From Hypanus sabinus (Eukaryota), in contig NC_082708.1 in NCBI RefSeq assembly GCF_030144855.1, positions 123,566,001 through 123,630,000 of the forward strand: a stretch of 64,000 nucleotides of DNA, written 5' to 3'. The position numbers and the translations under genes were made by a program. Below the pieces are notes generated by a model. It did not search any database, had not been told where the DNA came from, and was given only the letters and a program-made list of their open reading frames with translations. Positions 1-12,251 of the stretch are shown here, in pieces; position 1 is the first letter of the stretch; each line of letters begins with the position of its first letter.

Positions 1-872
1 CGGCCTTGGATGACCTGGACAATAGCAATACCTATATCAGCCTGCTGTTTATTGATTACAGCTCAACAGTGTTTAACACAATCATACCCTCAGTACTGAT
101 CAACAAGCTCCAAACTCTGGGCCTCTGTACCACTGCATGCAATTGGATCACTGGCTTCCTCACCGGGAGATCACAGTCAGTGCGGATCAGATCAGAAACA
201 ACATCTCCTCTTCACTGACAATCAACACTGGCACACCTGAAGAATGCATGCTCTTTTCTCTCCACACCCATGACTGTGCGGCTAGGCACAGCTCAACCAC
301 CATCTATAAATTTCCTGATGGCACCGCTGTTGTTGGCAGAATTTCAGGTGGTGATGAGGAGCGTACAGGAATGAGATAGATCAGCTGGTTGAGTGTTGTT
401 ACAACAATAACCTTGCATTCAAAGGATTGATTGTAGACTTCAGAAAGGGGATATTGAGGGAATACACTCCAGTCGTCATAGAGGGATCAGAAGTGGACAT
501 GGAGAGAAATTTTAAGTTCCTGGGTATCAACATACTGAAGCCTGGGCCGAGCATATTGATGCAATTACAAACAAGACTTAACAGTGGCTATATTGCATTA
601 GGCGTTTGAGGAGACTTGTTATGTCAGCAAAGACTCTTGAAAATTTCTACAGACAAATCAAGGAGAGCTGGTTGCATCACCATCTGGTATGGAGCGGAGA
701 CTGCACAGGATTGGTTGCATCGTGGGCACTAACCTCCCCAGCATCGAGGACATCTTCAACAGGCAATGCTTCAAAAAGGGGGCGTCTGTCATTAAAGACC
801 CCCATCACCCAGAACGTGCTCTCTTCTCATTGTTACCATCAGGGAGGAGGTACAAGAGCCAGATTCTATCCC
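1..872 (+). mobile_element. Rex1/Babar-clade non-LTR retrotransposon, degenerate RT-to-C-terminus fragment
   Basis: Broken frames carry [54 protein letters not shown] and IKDPHHPERALFSLLPSGRRY, typical Rex1/Babar RT and C-terminal motifs; multiple frameshifts. Confidence 0.85.
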
Positions 873-1761
873 ACTTCCATTCCTGAAACTTTTATCTGTC
901 TGAAAAATCTTGCAATTGCAATATTAATAGTATTTGTACCAACAAATTTGTGTGAATTTTTGTTTTCAGTGATGAACTTGGTCAAATATAATTGTTGTAG
1001 GACACTTGCTGATGAAACTAGTGCTATGTGCATAGTTCTCAAAAGAACCAAATACAAGCTGGATATCAAATATTTGTCATCATTAGTGTAACAGCATGAG
1101 TCTCACCCAGAGCAAAGTGGGGTTCTTTTCCTTTCCTTGATCTTTAATGCATTTGCACCAAAGCTTATAATTTCATGTTCACACTTCTTATGTAAAACAT
1201 GCAGTACAATAGCAATATTAATTAGAAATTATCTTATTTTTAAATTGTCTTTGTAGAAGATCAATAATAATAAATTTTAACAGGCATTCTAAAATGCTTC
1301 ATTTACTTCAATCTGTCTCTGTTATAGTTATATTAATAGCAAAGCAGTGAATACTCGTAAATAATCTACAGGGCTCCTTCCTTTCCGTTAAAAATTATTT
1401 TTACTAATTCATCCCTCAATAGTAATCTCTGCTCAAAATTACCATGGCTCACAAGAGGATATTTTAGAAGATTACTGCTCTCAGAAAGATTCATCATTTC
1501 CTTCTGACTGTCAGTTTACAATTCTGTGCCTGCCATTGGAAGATTGAATGATTTTGATGGGCAGACAAGAGAACTAGAAACAATATCCAAACTTCGATTT
1601 CATCAGCAAATTTTACATCATTTTATCTGATGTTTTATTTTCCTAATATCTAACTGGTGTTCTCGTTTCTGCTCCAACAGTATTTCTTGTTGTGATTACA
1701 ATATCTTTATTTTACCCAACCCCAACTTCCCCAAATAAGGTTATAATACAAACTAGCAGGA

Positions 1762-1768
1762 TATATAA
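1762..1768 (+). promoter_or_regulatory. TATA box (TATATAA) of CXC chemokine gene 1
   Basis: TATATAA 61 nt upstream of the ATG at 1823, matching the short 5' UTRs typical of chemokine genes. Confidence 0.6.
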
Positions 1769-1822
1769 TTGAAGCGTCAAACTGAATTCGAGTGATTTGT
1801 ACAGGGGGAGCGGAATCCAAGA

Positions 1823-1886
1823 ATGAATTGCTCAACTGCCATCACCATTCTACTGTTGCTTGGGTATTGTGCAGCTTTCTCTAACG
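1823..1886 (+). CDS. CXC chemokine gene 1, coding exon 1 (signal peptide); join(1823..1886,3506..3638,4065..4173), 101 aa
   Basis: 64-nt ATG exon MNCSTAITILLLLGYCAAFSN+G followed by donor GTAAGG (phase 1); hydrophobic signal peptide. Confidence 0.9.
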
Positions 1887-2584
1887 GTAAGGAAAACGTT
1901 CTGCTATTCGTAATTACTGTCATCCTAAGAGTACACCCGGGATATAGAACATTTCCTTCTGATTCTGCACAGTGAGTGGTTTCGATTCTCTGAACGCTAG
2001 TACATAATTTAAACTAATTCTTTAGCACGGTACTGAGGGGTGCTGCACATGAGCAGATGATTCAAGATGCAGCAACAGAGATTTAAAATGAAGACAAGAG
2101 ATATGTGGGATGTGACGAGCTTTTTTATGCCGGAAATTGATACTGGCATGCAATTGAATACCCCTAACACTGATGAAAGAAGATCCAATTAGAATATTAC
2201 ATAGTCAGATGGATAGACATGATGGAAAATAATTTCTGGACTAGAATTGGGCAGAAGGGTTAAAATGGATTCCTCTACAGTAAGCCAGAACAAGCTGAAT
2301 GACTTCATTTGTGACATATCTATGAATAGAGTGTTGGCAAATTCATCTTTATATTTTGTGCCTTAAGAGTAATAGGTGACATTGTGTGAGTCCTGAGCTG
2401 ACAGTGGCATCCTCATCTCCAAGTTAGAATCTTGTTTTTAGAATCTCATTCTAAAGCAAATCTTCAAGATGAAACATTAAGGAACGCCATCTCAGGCAGA
2501 TGTAAAAGGTTGCATGTCACTACTTAACATTATTTAAATTACTATTTAATTTTCTCAGAGTCCTGACCACCATTTGTTTTCAAA

Positions 2585-3050
2585 TTCATGTTCAAGTTCA
2601 GTTTGTCATTTAACAGTACATATGTACAACACCAGAGGAAACAGTGTTCCTCCGAACCAAGGTGCACAACACAGTGCATGTAACTCACACACAAAACACA
2701 TGAAGTAATATTACCACAAATAAATTAACAAATAGTAAAGTGCATATAGATACAAGTTAAAAAGTAAACAGTGTAATCCAACTGACGCTTCATACGTGAT
2801 GAGACGTGGGTGGGGGCACAGCAGGATGCTCCGTAGTCTCAGGGTCTGGGGGAAGAAGCTGTTTTCCATTCTAACAGTTCTAGTCCTATTCAACACTCCC
2901 TGGTGCCTGCTGGTAGGGGATCAAAGAGAAGGTGAAATGGATAGGTGGGATCACTGACAATGCTTAGAGCCTTGTGTACGCAGCTTCCTGATAAATAGCT
3001 CTGATAGGTGAAGGAGAGACCCTAATAATCCTCTCAGCAGTCCTTGCAAT
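2585..3050 (-). mobile_element. Rex1/Babar 3' fragment in intron 1 of chemokine gene 1
   Basis: Minus-strand RTRTVRMENSFFPQTLRL resembles the Rex1 C-terminus; tail-like aagttcaagtt near 2590. Confidence 0.7.
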
Positions 3051-3505
3051 CAAAAGTGTTAATCTTGTTATTTAAATCATTTTTTTAGGAGCACACTGTA
3101 CACAAATCAGCTGTGTCACTCCTACTTTCCAAATGGTTATAAAGCACTTCTGGATATCTGAAGGCATCATGAGGTATAATTAAACTGAAAGAAGAAAGAA
3201 CTTGCCATCTTATAGAACTTGGTACATCCCTGGGCCTTTCAAAGGTGGCTCGCTTCATCTGATAGATCTGCACTGGCATTGTCTTTATAGCAGTAGCTAC
3301 AGCCTAGTCGGCAATGAATGAGACAGAATGTACAGATAAAAAAGGAAGCAACTTTGATCCCAATAACTTGGACTTTGTTGCTAGTACTTCTGCAGTGATA
3401 GAGCTAAATTTTAAATCATTCCTATAACATAGAACATATGTTGAAATATTGTGTGTAGCACCATTAAGTGACCATTTTTTGTACAATTTCTGGTTAATTT
3501 TGCAG

Positions 3506-3638
3506 CTGCTCCTCGAGATGAAAATGAGAGTCTACGTTGTCACTGTACCTATAAGGAAGAAAGAAAGATACCCACCAAGCAAATAACAAAGGCCATTATC
3601 TATCCCAGCAGTACAAGATGCAAACATACAGAAATAAT
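3506..3638 (+). CDS. CXC chemokine gene 1, coding exon 2
   Basis: Acceptor ttaattttgcag; 133 nt, phase 1 to 2; (A)APRDENESLRCHCTYKEERKIPTKQITKAIIYPSSTRCKHTEI(I) with C-X-C-X24-C; donor GTAAGA. Confidence 0.95.
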
Positions 3639-3796
3639 GTAAGAATTAATGACATACATAAATATTTCATACTTATATTTCCACAGTGGTTTTATGATCA
3701 TCTGCAGAAATAGTGTAGATATATTTCTATCCATAAGCAAACTACAAGGGTAGAAAGGGCAATCAAGAGAGTCTTTAAAGAAAGCTAATTCCATAC

Positions 3797-3991
3797 TGTG
3801 GTAAACTATGTATACCTGTCTGGACACGCCCCTCTGCTGACTGCTCCTGTGGCTCCTCCCACAGACCCCGGTATAAAGGCGATTGGGGCAATGCTCCTCC
3901 CTCAGTCTTCAACATGGTCGTGCTCCCTTTTTGCTGTTAATAAAAGCCTATCGTTCACTTCCAGTCTCCTAGAGTTATTGATGGTGCATCA
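3797..3991 (+). mobile_element. Solo LTR (195 bp) with 5-bp target-site duplication, in intron 2 of chemokine gene 1
   Basis: Starts TG, ends CA; flanked by CATAC at 3792-3796 and 3992-3996; internal TATAAA (3872) and AATAAA (3939). Confidence 0.9.
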
Positions 3992-4064
3992 CATACTTAA
4001 TAAATAAAATGCTGTGGCAAAGCTACATCACCAAAGAGATGTAAAATCTTTCTTTTTCTTTCAG

Positions 4065-4173
4065 AGTGACAATTACATCTGGTTATGAAATCTGTGTCAA
4101 GGTGACGGCTGCTTGGGTGAAGAATCTCATTGATTACTTATTGGAAAATTCAACAGCAGGGAATATATCTTAA
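4065..4173 (+). CDS. CXC chemokine gene 1, coding exon 3 (terminal)
   Basis: Acceptor ctttctttttctttcag; VTITSGYEICVKVTAAWVKNLIDYLLENSTAGNIS* with fourth Cys and WVK motif; stop TAA 4171-4173. Confidence 0.95.
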
Positions 4174-4934
4174 AGTGATTCAGTGTTATCAGATTCAGAC
4201 TCTTTTATTTATCAAATGAAACGCTTGTTTATGTCAACAACCAACACATCCTAAGGATGTGCTGGGGCAGTCCGCAAATGTCACCACATTTTCCATTACA
4301 ACAAAAAAAATTCTTTGGTGGTGAAACATTCTTTATGTGCAAACTGACTATAATTCTGGGAACATGTTGTACATCCAATATAAATTGCTCATTGTCATGT
4401 ACAGCCTACTAAAATTAGCTATAAATGTCTGCCACTATTAAGAAATGTCAGGTTAAATTTGGACAAATTGGTGATAAGATCTATTTTCCTCCAGGTTTAA
4501 TGTGGCATTTGTCAGGTGTGCTTGCTCTTCTTCTGATGATGATCACAGTTAGCCAGACTATACAAAACTCTGGCTCATTCAATGATCAAACCAGAATATT
4601 ATTTATGGACTTTACAGCATGTTTTCTTTCCACTGAGGTTTCTCTGAACAAGCAGGAGAATCCTCAGATAAGCTCCACCTTCCTAATGAGGCTTATGGTG
4701 TTAACTCATCAAGCAATAATTAAGTTATTGGTGTAACTGTCTATGGCATTGGAAAAAATCTAGCTTTACAGACTGGCCAATGACAGAAAATGCCTATAGT
4801 ACAGAACTGGCTTTTTGTCCTGTCCCTTCATTAAATTCATACCCAAGTTCTCATTGCACCTGTCATAGTAGTCACCATTCTACTAATAACCACACAATGA
4901 TCAGCACTGAAAAATTATGAGCATGAAATATTTG

Positions 4935-4940
4935 AATAAA
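4935..4940 (+). promoter_or_regulatory. Probable polyadenylation signal of chemokine gene 1
   Basis: AATAAA about 760 nt after the stop; the context AATAAACTGCTTTTG is repeated exactly downstream of gene 2 (31945). Confidence 0.6.
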
Positions 4941-5989
4941 CTGCTTTTGGTTACAACAATTGTATTCTGGACATCATTTCACTGAGGGTCAAGAAGAGAG
5001 AAATGGAACACAAAGGCTAAGAGAATTCAATTTGGCCAGTATGAGATGTGCTTCTTCTGTCGATCACAATTGTGTCAAACAAATGACTAAGCCATTGCTC
5101 AGCAAAGGTACAGCACCTTGGTTTAAAAGTATGAATGTAGCGATAGTTCTACAGACCTATCATTATTCTGGGCTTTACTAACGTATAATTATGCATCGTT
5201 GTGAAATGTACCTGCTAACTGTCTAGATACATGAATCACTACAGGAAGCAATTTGTGAGACAAACGATATGTCAACTTTATTGCAAAATGACTTGAGTGG
5301 AAAAAGTTGGTGCTGGATGCTAGCTATTCAGAACCCATTTCAATGAGTTGGCTGGAAAGAACATGTGCGAAATGTATGGATGTAACTAAGCGAGGTGGCT
5401 CTGTGTACTGTGAGGAAGATGTGCTTGCAATGGAAACTGTGCAGAGGAGATTCACCAGGAAGTTGCCTGGATTCCAAAGAACTGCGGTCACTCGAAGGAA
5501 GACATTTCTCCCCATCAGTCACAGAACGAACAGCACAGCCAAAGAGAAATCAAATAATGTAGCACATCTACAATCCCACATTAACTGTTGATGCATATAA
5601 GGGATACACAGGGTCTGGGTAACATGTTTGCATTGTTCTGATTAACAACTCAAATCCGTGATCTGTTCCATTACAATTACAAATCCCAAGGTAAGAAAAA
5701 AATCATACTATATTCACAGAGCACATTGCTGGGCAATATGTAATTCTACACCCTAGGTTACTTTCTTTCCCTGCCTTGCATTGGAATCAGCCAAGTCATC
5801 CTCCGTGATATCAATAAATTTGTCTCTCTTCACTAATGCAGCCTGACTTACTGAGCAGTACGTGTTTCACCTCTCACATTCCTTCTTCTGAGTCCACTCT
5901 CTCTGACCCCTGGATCTAGGCAGTGTAGCAAGAGGAAACAATGTTCCTGTATCGAACCTGGCAGGTGACAAAAGAAATTTTATCTGCTT

Positions 5990-6160
5990 CAATGTGATCA
6001 GATCTCATTCTTCTGAACTGCTTAATCTCACTTCTTCGGACACAATTCCATTTCAGGAATCAATCTGACAATCGTTCATTGCACTCCCTCTGCCACAAGA
6101 TATCCTCTCCTAGACAGGTAGGTAATCCCTGCACGTAACATTCATGATCTAACCTCAGCA
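5990..6160 (-). mobile_element. Highly eroded CR1 3' ORF2 remnant
   Basis: Resembles the reverse complement of the CR1 'VQRRFTRLIPGM...RMRGDL' segment seen intact at 8600-8710. Confidence 0.45.
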
Positions 6161-7399
6161 GGGACATAGATGTTAGCTGTTCTGTCTCTCTACCTTTGCA
6201 CTCAAACTCACTTGCAATAAAAACAAAGAATTGCTACTTGCCCTCCAAATCAGTATATTTGCACAGTGTTTGATAGTTAGTCTGAACTCGGTGAAAGGCT
6301 TGTCGCTGTGCTATTGAGTCCAATATTCTGTAATGGTTTACTGTCTATACGTTAACTTCCAGTGATCTGAGTACAATAAAGAAAGTCCCTTTGAGTACAT
6401 GGTCTCTCACTACTTGAAAGGTACTCTACTTTTCAATGGTTAATAAAGTGGATGATCCCACATTTATCTTCCACGTGACTCGTGAATGGGCTGCACAGAG
6501 ACCCAAGCTGTGAATGTGGCTAGTCTTAATTTATCATTACACAGAAGTTCTGATGAAATTCTGGTGGGAGAATTTCTTAGTAAAGTCTCTCTGACCTCAA
6601 AGTACATCAAGATGATATACTATTTAAGAGCAAAGATAACTGCAGGTGATTGAATAGAATTTCACTAGTTATAATTTGTTTACTGCAATATTTTGGGTTC
6701 AGACAAATAGTTGTACTAAATTTAAATAGGAGAACATCTTTGTTGGGATAAAGTAATTCATGTGGATGATCTAAAAGCTTCTGAGGCCAAAATTCCCATA
6801 CACTCAAAATTAGCTTTGCGAGGGATGACTCCCTGGATACATAAATACATAAATTATTAACTGACAGAACAAATATAGCTACTGTTATGTTTGATGTGGT
6901 AAATGATGAAGCAATCAGCCTGTAACCTCCCTTGATCTCTCTGCAAATGGACATCTTGGTTTTAGACTTCTGACAAAGGCCTATCTAATCTCAATCGACA
7001 TTAATGGTTTCATGCAAACTCGTGACCGTCCACTTCCCTTCAAAGATGCTGCCTGACCCATTGTGTTCCTCCTGCTCCTTTGAGTGTTAGTGCAGGTTTA
7101 CAGTATCTGCTTTCTCCTAATGTCTATAGAAGCTTGATGCCTGGTTTGATGTAGTTCAATTGACATAGTAACACCCTCAAGTTTGGCCAGTCTATGTGAG
7201 AGTAGTCTCAAGGTTGCAGTTTACAAACAAGATCTCTTGAACTGAGGACCACTAGCCAGCGCTCTCTTTACTTACATCGCTCTCCATTCTTATTTCAACA
7301 TGCATTAATGCCTATAGCTTACTTCTTCGTGAAGGCTGGTTCAGTTTGTATTCATGGCTCCTATGGCTTCCACTTTATATAGTCTGACTTGAGGCTGCT

Positions 7400-8215
7400 T
7401 CTCAATAACATTCACTCACTTCCCTTCTTAATATCCTCCTGAAATTTCTCTGCGTCTTGCCCAAAGCTGCCACCTAACTTAGTATCAACAGCAAACTTGA
7501 AGACTCTGCTTGATCACATCCAAATTGTTGGTACAGTTCTGAACCACTGGGTCCCCAGCACCAAGTCCTGTACTGCCCTACTGCACAGAGCCCAGTTCTC
7601 AACGTAATTATTGTTTTCTGTCCAACAAACTCCCACAGTCTCTGCCAGGATATTACCTAAATCGTATGCACTGAAATAAGATGCCTTATCAAAGACCTTC
7701 AGAAAGTCCATATGTGGCACATCTCCTGGTTTGTCCTCATTGATTCTGTTAGTTGCAATCTTGCAAAACTCCAATAGTTTTGTTGAATATGATTCCATAA
7801 ATTTGTGCTGATTCTTTATTATTCTCTATGTAACAAACCCTGGCAATTTCCCTGACTTCAAGTTAACTGGACCTTAGTTTCCCTTTCAATCCCTTCTTAA
7901 ATAGTTACATTCCAGTTGCTATCTTCTAATCTATGGGAAACATTCTAGAATCTATGACATTTTGGAAGATGACGGCCAGTGTATTCAACATTTTCATTAT
8001 CACCATTTTCAAAAAGTTGGGATGCATGTTATCAGGTACAGGTCCCATTGATTTCCCATACTGTTTCACTATTAATGCTAATCTCTTACAGCTCCTCGTT
8101 CGTCTGTCATCATCCATTGCTCCTTGGACATCTTCTACAACCTCTCCCATAATGATAAGCACAAACTATTTGTTTAAATCCTTAATTGCTTCTTTATTCC
8201 CTATTACAGTTTCTC
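7400..8215 (-). mobile_element. Old CR1 LINE ORF2 fragment
   Basis: Minus-strand MDFLKVFDK, GPVPDNMHPNFLK and LAVIFQNVIDS are degenerate versions of CR1 RT motifs; many stops. Confidence 0.75.
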
Positions 8216-8219
8216 CTAG

Positions 8220-11018
8220 CAATAGACAATAGGTGCAGGAGTAGGCCGTTCGGCCCTTCTAGCCAGCACCACCATTCACTGTGATCATGGCTGATCATAC
8301 ACAATCAGTACCCCGCTCCTGCCCTCTCCCCATATCCCTTGACCCTGCTATCTATCTAACTCTCTCTTGAATGCATCCAGAGACTTGGCCTCCACTGCCT
8401 TCTGGGGCAGAGCATTCCACATATCCACCACTCTCTGGGTGAAAAAGTTTTTCCGCATCTCAGTTCTAAATGGCCTACCCCTTATTCTTAAACTGTGGCC
8501 TCTTGTTCTGGACTCACCCATCAGCAGGAACATGCTTCCTGCCTCCAGTGTGTCCAATCCCTTAATAATCTTATATGTTTCAATCAGATCCCCTCTCATC
8601 CTTCTAAATTCCAGTGTATACAAGCCCAGTTGCTCCAATCTTTCAACATATGACAGTCCCGCCATTCCGGGAATTAACCTTGTGAACCTACGCTGCACTC
8701 CCTCAATAGCAAGAATGTCCTTCCTCAAATTTGGAGACCAAAACTGCACACAATATTCCAGGTGGGGTCTCACCAGGGCCCTGTACAGCTGCAGAAGGAC
8801 CTCTTTACTCCTATACTCAATTCCTCTTGTTATAAAGGCCAGCATGTCATTAGCTTTCTTCACTGCCTGCTGTACCTGCATGCTTGCTTTCATTGACTGA
8901 TGTACAAGAACACCTAGATCTCGTTGTGCTTCCCCTTTTCCTAACTTGACTCCGTTTAGATAGTAATCTGCCTTCCTGTTCTTGCCACCAAAGTGGATAA
9001 CCTCACATTTATCCACATTAAACTGCGTCTGCCATACATTTGCCCACTCACCCAACCTGTCCAAGTCACCCTGCATTCTCATAACATCCTCCTGACATTT
9101 CACACTGCCACCCAGCTTTGTGTCATCAGCAAATTTGCTAATGTTACTTTTAATCCCTTCATCTAAATCATTAATGTATATTGTAAACAGCTGCGGTCCC
9201 AGCACCAAACCTTGCGGTACCCCACTGGTCACAGCCTGCCATTCCGAAAGGGACCCGTTAATTGCTATTCTTTGTTTCCTGTCAGCCAGCCAATTTTCAA
9301 TCCATGTCAGTACTCTGCCCCCTATACCATGTGCCCTAATTTTGCCCACTAATCTCCTATGTGGGACTTTATCAAAAGCTTTCTGGAAATCCAGGTACAC
9401 TACATTCACTGGCTCTCCTTTGTCCATTTTCATAGTTACATCCTCAAAAAACTCCAGAAGGTTAGTCAAGCATGATTTTCCCTTCATAAATCCATGTTGA
9501 CTCAACTGATCCTTCTACTGCTATCCAAATGAGTCGTAATTTCCTCTTTTATAATTGACTCCAGCATCTTTCCCACCACTGACGTCAGGCTAACCGGTCT
9601 ATAATTCCCTGTTTTCTCTCTGCCTCCTTTCTTGAAAAGTGAGACAACATTAGCCACCCTCCAGTCAGCAGGAACTGTTCCTGAATCTATAGAACATTGG
9701 AAAATGATTACCAATGCGTCCACGATTTCTAGAGCCACCTCTGGGATGCAGACCATCAGGTCCCGGGGACTTATCAGCCTTCAGACTCAACAGTCTATCC
9801 AACACCGTTTCTTGCCTAATATAAATTTCCTTCAGTTCGTCCTTTACCCTAGTTCCTTTGACCACTATTACATCTGGGAGATTGTTTGTGTCTTTCCTAG
9901 TGAAGACAGATCCAAAGTATTTGTTCAACTCAACTGCCATTTCCTTGTTCCCCATAATAAATCCACCCGTTTCTGTCTTCAATGGTCCAATTTTGGTCTT
10001 AACTATTTTTTTGCTATTCACATACCTAAAGAAGCTTTTACTATCCTCCTTTATATTCTTGGCTAGTTTACCTTCGTACCTCATTTTTTCTTGGCGTATT
10101 ACCTTTTTTGTTATCTTCTGTTGCTCTTTAAAAGCTTCCCAGTCCTCTGGTTTCCTGCTCATCTTTGCTATGTTATACTTCTTCTCTTTTATTTTTATAC
10201 TGCCTTTTACTTCCCTCGTCAGCCACAGCCATCCTTTACTCCCCTTAGGATCTTCCTTCCTCTTTGGAATGAACCGATCCTGCACCTTCTGCATTATTCC
10301 CAGAAATACCTGCCATTTTTGTTCCACCGTCTTCCCTGCTAGGGTATTGTTCCATTGAACTTTGGCCAGCTCCTCCCTCATACCTCCATAGTTCCCTTTG
10401 TTCAACTGTAATACTGACACATCCGATTTTCCCTTCTCCTTTTCAAATTGTAGGTTAAAACATATCATATTATGGTCACTACCTCCTAATGGTTCCTTTA
10501 CCTCCAGGTCCCTGATCAAATCCAGTTCATTGCACAACACTAAATCTAGAATTGCCTTCTCCCTGGTAGGCTCCAGTACAAGCTGTTCTAAGAATCCATC
10601 TCGGAGGCACTCCACAAACTCCCTTTCCTGGGGTCCAGTACCATTCTGATTCTCCCAGTCTACCTGCATGTTGAAATCCCCCATGACAATTGTATCATTG
10701 CCTTTGCGACATGCCAATTTTAACTCTTCATTCAACTTACACCCTACATCCAGACTGCTGTTTGGGGGCCTGTAGATAACTCCCATTAGGGTCTTTCTAC
10801 CCTTAGAATTTCTCAGTTCTATCCATACTGACTCTACATCCCCTGATTCTATGACCCCCCTCGTAAGGGACTGAATATATATCATTCCTCACCAACAGGG
10901 CCACCCCACCCCCTCTGCCAGTCAGTCTGTCCTTTTGATAAGATGTATATCCTTGAATATTCATTTCCCAGGCCCTGTCAGCTTGAAGCCATGTCTCTGT
11001 TATTCCCACAACGTCATA
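8220..11018 (-). mobile_element. CR1 LINE, nearly complete ORF2 (APE endonuclease + RT) with 3' UTR; inactivated
   Basis: ORFs 9665..10885 (endonuclease, VIYRPP, GDFN, SDHN) and 8348..9505 (RT, QHGF..KSCLTNL, VPQG, KFADDTKL); frameshift near 9745 and stop near 9505; ctattgtctattg tail at 8220. Confidence 0.95.
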
Positions 11019-11019
11019 T

Positions 11020-11545
11020 TCAGTCTTTGAGATACCCATGTTAACTTTAACTTGTTTGAATTAAACCCCTTTCAAAAAGGGCTTATATCAAAACTTTATT
11101 ATATAATTATGAAGATACATTCAGAGCCCCTTTATAAGACAAAAAATGATTGGGAAAGAGAGCTTAACCTTATTATTCCTATTGAGAATTGGGATAGAAT
11201 TCTTCAATTAGTTAATACATCATCTATATGTGCCAAACATTCATTAATACAGTTTAAGGTCGTACATAGGGCCCATATGTCCAAGGATAAATTGGCTCAT
11301 TTTTATTCCTATATAAATCCTATTTGTGATAGATGTCAATCTGAAATAGCGTCTTTAACTCATATGTTCTGGTCGGTCGTGTCCGCTTTTGAAAAAATAT
11401 TGGAAAGATATTTTTGATATTATCTCTGCGGTTTTGAATATTGATTTACAACCCCATCCTATTACCACAATTTTTGGTTTACCAATGATGGACTCACTCC
11501 ATTTATCTTCTTTCGCCTGTCGAATGATTGTGTTTCTTAACTTGA
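11020..11545 (+). mobile_element. L1-clade LINE ORF2 C-terminal fragment (zinc-knuckle region)
   Basis: KNDWERELN...SICAKHSLIQFKVVHR...ICDRCQSEIASLTHMFWS matches the L1/Tx1 ORF2 C-terminal Cys/His domain. Confidence 0.85.
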
Positions 11546-11739
11546 ACACTTTTACATATCTAATAACAGCATTCACCTAATTCCTTTTCTGTTTCTCATG
11601 AGATTGCATCTTGTGTTTTCTATTTCCTGATCAAATTCTTTGCTGCAATCCAGGAAGTTCCCATCTTTTGGCTTATTGACCATTCTGGCTACATTACAAG
11701 ATCTTTCATTGGATCTAGCATTCGAGCTATGAGTCATAA

Positions 11740-12195
11740 GATAGAGAAACAACATTCCCAACCATCTGAGTCTGCGCTGACCATCGACTCACACTTTAAT
11801 TATTTCTACATAAACCCCATTTTATTCTCCCCCTTCTTCCTCACCCCACCCTTGCAAGTACCAAGCTAAATGCTTCATGCCTCAGTCACTGGCAGCTCAT
11901 TATACACTTACCACCCTCTCTGTGAAAACAGTCCCATTTAAATCTTTTGCCTTTCACCCAAAATCTTTGCCCCATAGCTTTGGACTCCCTTGGCCCAGGG
12001 AAAAGATGGTTGCCATTCATCCTATCCATGCTCCTCATCATTTTAAACATTTCTATAAAGTTGCCCCACGTTCTGCTGTATTCTGTGGTATAAAGACCTA
12101 ACCTGGAAAACCTCTCCCTTTTTCTCAGGACCTGTAGTCCCGATAACACCCTTGTAAATGCTTTCTGCATTCCTTCCAGTTTAATCACATTGTTC
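11740..12195 (-). mobile_element. Eroded CR1 3' end
   Basis: KLEGMQKAFTRVLSGL...RLGLY...FIEMFKMMR on the minus strand plus a CR1-like 3' UTR. Confidence 0.75.
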
Positions 12196-12251
12196 CAAGA
12201 ACAGGATGAGCGAACCTTTACTCAGTACTCCGAGTACAGCTTCATCAATAC

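Noticed and set aside
6607-6715. Minus-strand TTICLNPKYC, resembling a chemokine exon 3 (ICLNP)
   Set aside because: Only three residues lie between the nearest AG and the Cys (nine in genes 1 and 2), there is no conserved Trp, and I found no matching signal or CxC exons on the minus strand.
8367-10649. Several 80-180-aa plus-strand ORFs
   Set aside because: Antisense shadows of the CR1 ORF2 on the minus strand.
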